The translations under genes were made by a program, and so were the position numbers. A DNA stretch of 64,000 nucleotides, taken from contig JAIPBU010000014.1 in assembly GCA_021738535.1 (NCBI GenBank), positions 12,411-76,410 of the forward strand, read 5' to 3'. This DNA comes from Bacteroidales bacterium (lineage in GTDB: Bacteria > Bacteroidota > Bacteroidia > Bacteroidales > VadinHA17). The stretch's first letter is position 1; every line of letters begins with the position of its first letter. A model generated the notes under the pieces. The model saw only the letters and a program-made list of their open reading frames with translations, did no database searches and was not told where the DNA came from. This document shows, piece after piece, positions 39,301 to 51,300 of the stretch.

Positions 39301-42300
39301 TGTATGGAAGGATGATGGAACAATAATACCATCAATTATTGATCCCGATGATCCCGGCACAACAGTTTCAGGTATAAACCAGGGAGTTAATGAATTCGAT
39401 TGGATAGTATATTCAGAATACGACGGTTGCGATCCCGCAACTGCTACTCTTACCATCACCAGGGATATCCAGCCTGATGCAGCTACAACAGGTGGACCCC
39501 AGGAAGATTGTGAAACAAATTCATTCACTCTTACCGGTAATGCTGCTACAGATGGCGGATCAGGTCTCTGGACTCATACTGCCGGTCCTGCAGGATACAC
39601 AATTACCGACAATACTGATCCGGGGACTACAGTAACAGGACTTGATTATGGCACCCATACTTTTACATGGACCATTTCCAGTGCCCTTGGTATCTGTTCA
39701 GATACCCAGGCAAGCATGGATATCACACGTAATGAGGATCCTGCTCCTACTATTGCAGCTGATGCAGGTCCGCATTGTTATAATTCATCCGTGCTTATTA
39801 CCGGAACACCCAACCTTGGAGTGACAGCAAGCTCTGTATCAACTCATACCTGGAGCGGATCAGGGGCTGCATATCTTAATTCAACATCGGTGCAGAATCC
39901 TACCTTTACGGCGCCTTCTGTATCAAGCCCGACGGATTTTGACCTTATTTACACTGTTACAGATGATAACGGATGTATAGGGGTTTCGGCTACATTCACA
40001 ATTTCTGTATACCCGCACGTGGAAAGCGCCAACATTGGCACCGATCAGAATATTTGTGCAAGCACAAGCACCAACGTACAGGTAGCTATTACAGGTGGCA
40101 TAGGTCCGTATACAGTTGAATATGATGTTACGGACTCCGGAGGAACAACTACCCTGACAGAGAATAATTATACTTCGGGTGATGATATTGCAACAGCCGT
40201 TCTTACTGAAAATACAACATATACCCTTGTATCAGTAACTGATGCAAACGGTTGTACAGCAACTAACCTTACAGGAAGTGCCGTAATTAATGTGGGGGTC
40301 CTGCCCGACAAGGCAACCCTGGCTCCCGTTGTAACACCAATATGTGAAGGAACAAATGCACGGTTGCAGATAGTGATAACCGACGGAGTGCCGCCCTTTG
40401 ATGTTACCATAGATAATGGTGTTGGTACTTTTTCAGTACCGGGATTCTCTTATACCTATGACCTGGGTGCTATCGCAGCCGGCTCACATGATTATAACAT
40501 AACAGGAATAGTCGACGATTGTGGCAATTCATTTGGTGACCTGGGATCAACTGCAACAGTAGTTGTTAACAGTAATCCTGATCTTAGTGACGTGTCAACA
40601 ACTATTTGCAGTGATGAGCAAAGTTCTGTTAACCTGGCAATAGATAATGCAGGTGCATTCGGAATATTATCCACTACCTATAACATTACCAATATTGCTA
40701 ATAATGGCCTGTCCCCATCAAACGGAAGTCCGGGTACAGGAACGGGATTGCCTTCAAGCGAGATTGCTGATGATGCATGGACAAATAAAACTGCTGCCAA
40801 TGTGGGTGTAGTTTATACAATAGTACCGGTGAGTGACAAAGGATGTACAGGCATTGCCGAAGACATAACTCTTACAGTTCAGCCGGAGCCTGACCTTAAT
40901 GTATCTGATGTATCAGTTTGCAGTGATGCCCCGACAGGCATAACACTTACAGATGCAGATGGCATAGCCACTTCGTTTAATATAACTTCGATCAACCAGG
41001 GAGGACTTACAGCTTCGGCAGGAGCACCTGCTACAGGCACTGGCTTTGCAGCTGGAGAGATCTCTGATGATGCCTATACCAACCTTACGGGAGCAGATGT
41101 TGATGTAACATATACAGTTGTACCTGTGAGCACCAATGGTTGTGAAGGAGATCCTGAAGTGATTACTCTCACTGTAAAGCCCGAACCGGTAATTACGGCC
41201 GGACAAAACCCGGCTGCATGTTCAGGCAATGCACTTGATTATCAAATCCTGCTCGATAATTTCACTAACCCTGGTGATAATGTAACATTTACCTGGGGTG
41301 CTCCTACATTGAATCCTGTCGACCCGGGATTTACAGGAGGCACGGCCAGGGTGGCACAGTCAGCAGCAAATATTACAGATACATTTACAAATACAACAGG
41401 AGCCATCGGAACAGCGACCTATACTGTAACACCATATTACAACGGTTGCGAGGGCGATCCCATGGATATTGTTGTACAGGTGGGCCCAGAACCGGTTCTC
41501 GATCCCAACCTGGATAAATTTGCCTGCAGCGATACACCAATCGCATTAACATTGCAGGAAGAAACAGGATCTGTAACACCTTCACGTTACAATATTATAA
41601 GTGTTACGGTCGATCCTGATCTTACAGCAGGCGGAAGCAATGCTGCCATACCGGAAGCCAATGCAAACGCTTCTTATCTTGAGAACGACCATTATACTAA
41701 TACATCAGGATCTAACCAGGATGTGGTATACCGTGTGCAACCGATACTCGATCCCGATTGCTTCGGTGACCCGGTTGATATAATAGTTACCATAAGACCT
41801 GAACCGGTTATCCAGCCTGTGCAGGTAAAGACAGTTTGTAGCGGCGTAGCGGTTAATAAGGAAATATTATTACTGCCCGTAAACACACCCGCAGGAACAA
41901 CATTCGACTGGCCACAGCCTACTATGTCGGATGGTTCTACACAGGGAACAGCAGGAGTTGGTGTTGCTGCCGATCCGGCAGGGACATTCCATATAACCGA
42001 TGTGCTTTCAAACTTCACCGGTGCGGATATTACAGCAACATATTATGTTACACCAACAAGTGCCAACGGATGTGTTGGTGAGGAAGTAGCTGTTGAAATA
42101 ACGGTGCAGTCGCAGCCGGTTACTTCAGTTATTACGGGTGAGTCAACCCTCTGCGTAGGTGCCGAAAACGAAGTATACTCGGTGGACAATACTCCGGGGT
42201 CATCATATAGCTGGACAGTTCCGGCTAATATGACTGTAGTTTTTGATGACAATGTAAATTTCATAATTGTTGATGCAACTGCTGCCGGAAGCGATAATGT

Positions 42301-45300
42301 TGAGGTTGTTGAAACAAATATTGACGGTTGTGTGGGTCTTCCCGAAGTATTACCAGTGACGGTATCCAACTATGCCACGGCAGAAACGGTCAGCGGACCG
42401 GATGTAGTCTGTAAGGGTGAAACAAATGTGGCTTATTCAGTGCCTGACAATGTAGGTTCAACTTACCAGTGGTACGTGCCCGCAGGTGTAACAGTAACAT
42501 CTGACCCGGCAGCCCATGAGATCTTTGTTGATTTTAACCTTGATTCAGGCGGCGACATATCCGTCGTTGAAACAAACTCCTCGGGATGTACAACTGTTCA
42601 TGATCCCATTACCGTAACCGTTAATTCTATTAACGCAGGTAGCATTGGAAGCGACCAGGCAGTTTGTTCCGGAGTTGATCCTGCTGCTTTTATAAGTAAT
42701 ACAGATGCTTCAGGTGATGGAACAGTAACCTACCAGTGGCAGGAGAGTACAGATAATGTTAATTTCACCGATATAGGTGGTGCAACCAATTCTACTTTTG
42801 ACGAAGGGATTATCGCCCAGACTAAATATTATAAGCGTATTGCTACCAGTTCACTCGGTGGAAAAGATTGTTCTGCAGAAAGTAACGTCGTTGCAATATA
42901 CCTCAACGAGGTTGATCCGGGACAGGTAGGAAGTGACCAGACTATATGTGAAGGCGATTTTGCCGCCGGTCTGACCAGTATTACCAACGGAAGCGGCAGC
43001 GGAGCAATTACTTACCAGTGGCAGGACAGCCCTGATAATATTACATTCACCGATATACCGGGTGAAACATTCTCTGCACTGTCGCCGGGATCACTGACCG
43101 CGGACAGGTACTACAAGAGAATTACAATAAGCACATTGCTTGGCACTCCATGCGAAGCCGAAAGTAATGTTGTTACTGTCACAGTAAACAACTTTGACCC
43201 TGGCAGCATTAGTGCCGCTCAGACAATATGTGAAGGGGATACCCCTGTTGCATTTACCAGCGTAAGCCCAACAGGTGACGGGGCATTCAGTTACCAGTGG
43301 AGGCAGTCGACTGATGGTGTGACTTATACCGATATAGGCGGAGCTCTTAATGAAACCTATGCCCCCGGTGCCCTTACACAGGATACATGGTATAAGAGAA
43401 TTGTTACATCAAGTCTTAACGGTACAGACTGTATCGAAGAAACAGTCCCTGTTAAGGTTACTGTAATTAACTTTAACCCCGGAAGTATATCAACAGACCA
43501 GACTATTTGTGAAGGCGGAACACCGGCTGCATTGAACAGCGTGGCACCGTCAGGAGATGGTGCATTTACCTACCAGTGGCAGGAGAGTATCGACGGTAGT
43601 GCCTATACAGACATAATCGGCGAAACAGGCGCCACGTTTAATCCACCTGCTCTAGCACAGGACACCTGGTATAAGCGTATTGTAACTGCAAGCCTTAATG
43701 GTACAGATTGCGATGATGAGACTAATGCTGTTAAGATTACGGTCAATAATTTTGATCCGGGAAGTATATCCGCGGACCAGACCATTTGCGAAGGAACAGC
43801 ACCGGCGGCACTGACGAGTGTTACTCCGACAGGAGACGGTACATTCACTTACCAGTGGATGAGCAGTATCGACGGTACAAACTTCAACAATATAACAGGT
43901 GCTACTGCAGAAACTTACGGTCCGCCGGCATTAACCCAGGATACCTGGTATAAACGCGCAGTGACATCTACACTTAATGGTGTGAATTGTACTGAAGAAA
44001 CCAATGTTGTAGAGATAACAGTAAACAATTTCAACCCCGGTAGCATAAGTGCAGACCAGACAATATGCGAAGGAGCTAATGCAAATCCGTTTACAAGTGT
44101 TACACCCACAGGTGATTTTGCAACTGTAGGATATCAGTGGTATGAGAGTACAGACGGCACCACGTTCAACCCAATAGGCGGAGCAACAGCCGAAACTTAT
44201 GATCCGGGTGCACTTACTGTTGACACATGGTATAAGAGAGAAGTAACAGCCACACTTAACGGAGTTCCTTGTATTGAAGAGACAAATACTGTTAAGGTGA
44301 CTGTTATAAACTTTGATCCTGGAAGTATTGATGCTGACCAGACTATATGTGAAGGAAGTAATGCGAATTCACTTACAAGTGTTTCACCTACTGGAGACGG
44401 ATCGTTTACTTACCAGTGGTATGAAAGTGCAGACGGCAGTACATTCACACCTCTTGCAGGAGTAACCGGCGAGACATATAACCCCGGAGCTCTTACAGCT
44501 GATACATGGTATAAGAGGGAAGTAACTGCCACGCTTAATGGTCATACCTGTACTGAAGAAACAAACGTAGTCAGGATAACAGTAAACAATTTCGATCCGG
44601 GAAGCATTAGCGCTGACCAGACTATCTGTGAAGGCGATACACCTGTTGCACTGACGAGTGTTGATGCATCAGGAGACGGTGCGTTTGGCTATCAGTGGCA
44701 GATCAGTACCAATGGCTCGACATATTCAGACATTGGAGGAGCAACAGCAGCTACTTATGCACCGGGAGCACTTACCCAGGATACATGGTATAAGCGGATT
44801 GTAACTTCAAGTCTTAACGGAACAGATTGTATCGAAGAGACTGCGCCGGTCAAGATTACGGTTATCAATTTCACTCCTGGCAGTATATCAAGCGACCAGA
44901 CCATTTGTGAAGGCAGTACACCTAACCCGCTTACATCAGTCAGCCCGTCAGGCGACGGCACATTCACTTACCAGTGGCAGGAAAGCGCTGATGGTATTGC
45001 CTATAGTGATATTGGTGGAGAGACAGGAGTGACTTTCTCACCACCTGCACTGACAGCAGACACATGGTATAAGCGTATCGTAACTTCAAGTCTCAATGGC
45101 ACAGATTGCGATGATGAGACCAATGCTGTTAAGATAACTGTGAATAATATGACTCCAGGAGTAATAGGTACCGATGAGACTATTTGTGAGGGAGATGTGC
45201 CTACACCACTAACGGTTACTACAGCAGCCACTGCAGATGGTACTATAACCTACCAGTGGCAAAGCAGTACTGATGGTACTAACTTCTTTAATATAACAGG

Positions 45301-48300
45301 AGCAACGAGTGATACATATTCATCACCTGCAATAACAGCAGACACCTGGTATAAGAGATCTGTAACATCTAGTCTGAACGGTGTACTTTGCACAGAAGAA
45401 ACAAATGTTGTACAGGTAACTGTAAACAACTTCGATCCGGGCAGTATTAGTGAAGACCAGACCATATGCGAAGGAGCCAATGCGAATCCGTTTACAAGTG
45501 TTACACCTACAGGAGATTTCACATCTGTAGCATATCAGTGGTATAGCAGTACGGACGGCAGCACTTTCAACCCGATAGGTGGAGCAACAACTGAAACCTA
45601 TGATCCGGGTGCACTTACTGTTGACACATGGTATAAGAGAGAAGTTACAGCCACACTTAACGGAGTTCCTTGTATTGAAGAGACAAATACGGTTAAGGTG
45701 ACTGTTATAAACTTCGATCCGGGTAGTATTAATGCTGATCAGACCATCTGCGAAGGAAGCAATGCTAATTCATTATCAAGTGTTGCACCTACCGGCGACG
45801 GGTCATTTACTTACCAGTGGTACGAAAGTGCAGACGGTAGTACATTCACACCTCTTGCAGGAGTAACCGGCGAGACATATAACCCCGGAGCTCTTACAGC
45901 AGATACATGGTATAAGAGGGAAGTAACTGCCACGCTTAATGGTCATACCTGTACTGAAGAAACAAACGTAGTCAGGGTCACAGTAAACAACTTTGATCCG
46001 GGAAGCATTAGCGCTGACCAGACTATCTGTGAAGGCGATACACCTGTTGCACTGACGAGTGTTGATGCATCAGGAGACGGTGCGTTTGGCTATCAGTGGC
46101 AGATCAGTACCAATGGCTCAACATATTCAGACATTGGAGGAGCAACAGCAGCTACCTATGCACCGGGAGCACTTACCCAGGATACATGGTATAAAAGGAT
46201 TGTAACATCAAGTCTTAATGGTACTGACTGTATCGAAGAAACAGCATCGGTTAAGATTACAGTTATCAATTTCACGCCTGGCAGTATATCCAGTGCCCAG
46301 ACAATTTGTGAAGGAGGTACACCTAACCCACTTACATCAGTAAGCCCGTCAGGCGACGGTACATTCACTTACCAGTGGCAGGAGAGTGCTGATGGTATTG
46401 CCTATAGTAATATTGGTGGAGAGACAGGAGAGACATTCTCACCACCGTCACTCACAGTTGATACATGGTATAAGCGTATCGTAACTTCAAGCCTCAATGG
46501 CATAGATTGCGATGATGAGACCAATGCAGTTAAGATTACGGTGAATAATATGACTCCTGGAGTAATAGAAGCTGACCAGACTATATGCGAAGGAAGTGTA
46601 CCGGCAGATATTACAGTCAATACAGCAGCCACTGCAGATGGTACTATAACATACCAGTGGCAAAGCAGTACTGATGGTACTAACTTCTTTAATATAACAG
46701 GAGCAACGAGTGATACATATTCACCGCCTGCTCTTACAGCAGATACATGGTACAAGAGGGTTGTTAATTCATCTCTGAACGGAGTGATATGTACAGAGGA
46801 GACAAATGCAGTTAAGGTGACAGTTAACAATTTCGATCCCGGTAGTATTGATGCAGATCAGACCATATGCGAAGGAGCTAATGCGAATCCATTTACGAGT
46901 GTTACACCTACTGGTGATTTTGCATCTGTAGCCTATCAATGGTATGAGAGTACAGACGGCAGCACGTTCAACCCGATAGGTGGAGCAACAAATGAAACCT
47001 ATGATCCGGGTGCACTTACTGTTGATACCTGGTATAAGAGAGAAGTAACAGCCACCCTTAACGGAGTTCCTTGTATTGAAGAGACAAATACAGTTAAGGT
47101 GACTGTTATTAACTTCGATCCTGGTAGCATATCAGCTGACCAGACTATATGCGAAGGATCAAATGCGAATTCTCTCACAAGTGTTTCTCCAACCGGAGAC
47201 GGATCGTTCAGTTACCAGTGGTCCAGCAGTACCGATGGAACTAACTTCAACCCGGTTGCGGGTGCGATATATGAAACATATAACCCGGGAGCTCTTACAG
47301 TCGATACCTGGTACAAGAGAGCCGTTACAGCAAGTCTTAACGGTACGGATTGTACCGAGGAGACAAACACTGTTAAGATAACGGTTATTAATTTCAATGA
47401 AGGCAGTATAGGCTCCGATCAGACTATTTGCGAAGCAGCTACCCCGGCAGCACTTACAAGTACTACTCCTACAGGTGACGGAACATTCACGTACCAGTGG
47501 CAGGAGAGTACCAACGGGGTTAATTATACTGATATAGTCGGAGCAAACGGTGAAACATATGCACCGGGAGCACTGACCCAGGACACATGGTATAAGAGGA
47601 TAGTAACGGCCAGTGAAAGTGGTACCGATTGCATAGTTGAGAATACTCCCGTAAAGATCACGGTAATCAACTTCCTGCCCGGAAGTATTGCCTCTGATCA
47701 GACCATCTGTGAAGGTGATACTCCAAATCCGCTTACAGCGATTAATCCAAATGGCGACGGTACATTTACTTACCAGTGGCAGTCCAGTACCGATGGCTCT
47801 AACTTCAGCAATATCACCGGTGAGACAGGTGCTACTTATACACCACCGGCTCTTACCCAGGATACCTGGTATAAGCGAATCGTAACTGCAAGCCTTAATG
47901 GAACGGATTGCACAGAAGAGACTAATGTAGTTAGGATAACAGTTAATAATTTCGATCCGGGTGTAATTGGGTCTGATGAGACAATATGCGAAGGAGGTAC
48001 ACCGGCAGGATTGACCTCAACAATACCGGCCTCAGGTGATGGTGCATTTACCTACCAGTGGCTGCAGAGTACTGACGGAACAAACTTCTCAACTGTCAGT
48101 GGCGCTACAACAGATGCGTATAATCCACCAGCTCTTACCCAGGACAGATGGTATAAGCTGGAAGTGACATCAACACTCAATGCAATAGGATGCACAGAGG
48201 AGACCAATACTGTTAAGATCATGGTCAATAACCTTGATCCCGGTAGTATTGATGCAGACCAGACTATATGCGAAGGGGATACACCTGCTGAGATTACAAG

Positions 48301-51300
48301 TGTTACACCAACGGGTGACTTTAGTTCTGTTTCATATCGCTGGTTTGAGAGCACTGACGGAAGTACATTCAGCCTGGTGGCAGGGGAGACCACTGAGACA
48401 TTGTCGCCTCCCGCACTGACCCAGGATACATGGTATAAGAGAGAGGTATCAGCAAGCCTGAATGGAGTTGATTGTATAGAAGAGACAAACACTGTTAAGG
48501 TAACAGTTATCAACTTCGATCCGGGTTCAATTGATGCTGATCAGACTATATGCGACGGAAGCGCGGCAACTGTATTTACAAGTGTCACGCCTACAGGCGA
48601 TGGCAGCTTCACCTACCAGTGGCAGTCAAGCACTGACGGTGTTACATTCACTGACATTCCGGGAGCCAATTTCGAAACATATAATGCAGGAATACTGACG
48701 CAGGATACCTACTTCAAGCGTCTGGTTACAGCTAATCTTAACGGTCAAACCTGTACAGAGGAAACCAATGTAATAACTGTTACCGTTGTGAACTTTGACC
48801 CGGGTTCAATAGGATCCGACCAGACAATATGTGAAGGTGAAGTGCCTGCAGCACTGACCAGTGTGACTCCGACAGGAGACGGAGCCTTTGGTTACCAGTG
48901 GAAGGAGAGTACAGACGGGTTCACATTCACGGATATAGGTGGCGCAACCGGTGAGACATATACACCACCTGCCCTTTTGCAGGATCACTGGTATAAGCGC
49001 GTGGTAACAGCCAGTCTTAACGGAACGGATTGTACTGCAGAGACCAATACGGTGAAAGTGACGGTTAATAACCTGAATCCGGGAACAATAGGAACGAATA
49101 AGTCCATCTGTTTCGGTGACGATCCGGTTGGGTTCATAAGCCTTGCCCCTGCATCAGGAGATGGTGCGATAACTTACCAGTGGCAGATAAGTACCGATAA
49201 TGTTACATTCACTGATATAGGAGGAGCAACGGGAGTTACCTATGATGAGGGAGCACTGGTACAAACTACATATTATAAGCGTATAGCAATAAGCACACTT
49301 AACGGTGTTGATTGTACCGCGGAAAGTAATGTTATAACGGTAACCGTCAACCCGCTGCCAGTGGCTGATATGAGCGGTGATGCTGCCATATGCCCGGGAA
49401 CGGCGACAGATATTTTTGTTAACGTTACTACAGGAACAGGTCCATACCTGCTGACCATCAATAATGGTGTTGGCGTGGTAAGTAATTACACCAGCGGCGA
49501 CCCGATACCGGTTGTACCGATGTCGGCCCCGGTAACATACGAACTGCAATCGATTATCGATGCCAACGGATGTGAAGTGACTGCACCCCATACCAATATA
49601 ACAGGAAGCGCTACTATTACCTTCCTTGAGACGGTTAGTATAGATGTGCAGCCTGTCAGCCAGGAGATATGTGAGAATAATAATGTCACTTTCTCTGTGA
49701 CAGCTACCGGTGAGACACCCTACAGTTACCAGTGGTATGAGAACGGCAGCCCGATGGCGGGTGAGACAGGATCAACACTGAGCCTGACAGCTGTTCCTGC
49801 ATCAATGAGCGGCAACCAGTACTTTGTCGACGTAACAGGTGGTTGCGGTAATACGGTACGCTCAGACCTGGCAATACTGACAGTTAATACAGAAACTAAC
49901 ATAACGGTTCAGCCGTCAGACACTACTATTTGTGAATTCTCAGCCACGGCCTACGGCGTGACTGCAACAGGTTCAGGACTTACTTACCAGTGGCAGGGAC
50001 AGGCTCCTTCAGAGTCGTCTTTCACTGACCTGGTTGGCTCAGGAACCTTTATAGGAGTTAACACAAGTAACCTGCAGGTATACGGAGCCGACAGGACTAT
50101 GTCAGGATACCGTTTCAGGGTAGTAGTCGGAGGTACCTGTTCTGCAGATCTCACATCGGGAGAAGCAGTGCTTACAGTTAATACAGCACCTGAGATTGTT
50201 TCGAATCCTTCTGATACAACAGTATGTGAAGGCTTTGGTGGCATGTTCGTTGTAGAAGCTGCCGGCGATTCACTTGAGTACCAGTGGTACGTTAACAACG
50301 GAGGAGGCTTTGTAGCACTCAGCGATGATGCGAACCATACCGGCTCAGATGATGATACCTTGTATGTTACCAATGTAGGTCAATCAATGAACGGCTGGCT
50401 CTACAGGGCCGTTGTCAGTGGAGTTTGCAGTCCTGATGCATACAGCAGCTTTGCAGTGCTGGCAGTTGAGCCACTGCCTGTCGTAACGCAGCAGCCTCTG
50501 GCGCAGGAGATCTGCGAAGGACTGGGAGCTACCTTCCTGGCTTATGCCACCGGAACAGGTGTTAGCTACCAGTGGCAGTATGATGACGGAGGCGGATGGA
50601 TTGATCTTAGTGACGGAGGAATCTATACCGGTACACAGACACAGCAGCTGAGGATAGACGGTGCACCCGTTTCAGCATCAGGTACAATCAGGGTAGAAGT
50701 TGTGACTGATTGCCAGACTATATATTCGGATGAAGTGTTGTTTACGGTTAACGACAACCCGGTAGTAGACTTCAGCGGAATAGACCCGGTACTTGCATGC
50801 GGAGGCGTTGATACCCAGCTGGACGGAAATCCCACCGGCGGTTCAGGAACTTTCACGACACATAGCTGGACTGGACAGGTTGGTCCGCTCGACGACTTTA
50901 CGAGGCAGGATCCTGTTTTCAACACAACAATGCCGGGAACGTACAACCTGACATATACAGTAACCGATAACAACGGTTGTATGGGATCAGATAACCTTAG
51001 TGTTGAGGTTGAGAAGCCGACGGCTGCGTTCACACCATCACCAACCAGCGGATGTACACCACTTGATATAACGATGACCGACGGATCAAGCGGAGCGGTG
51101 AATTACAGCTGGGACTTTGGTGACGGCAGTGCGATTGACAATACTGCAGGAAATGTTACCCACCAGTATACAAATACTACGCAATCAGTATATTATTATG
51201 ATGTTAAGCTCGAGGTTGAGTCTGCCAATGGTTGTCTCGACAGTATGATAAGAGGAATAACCGTTTACCCGGAGATAGATGCTGACTTTGAGTTCAGCGA

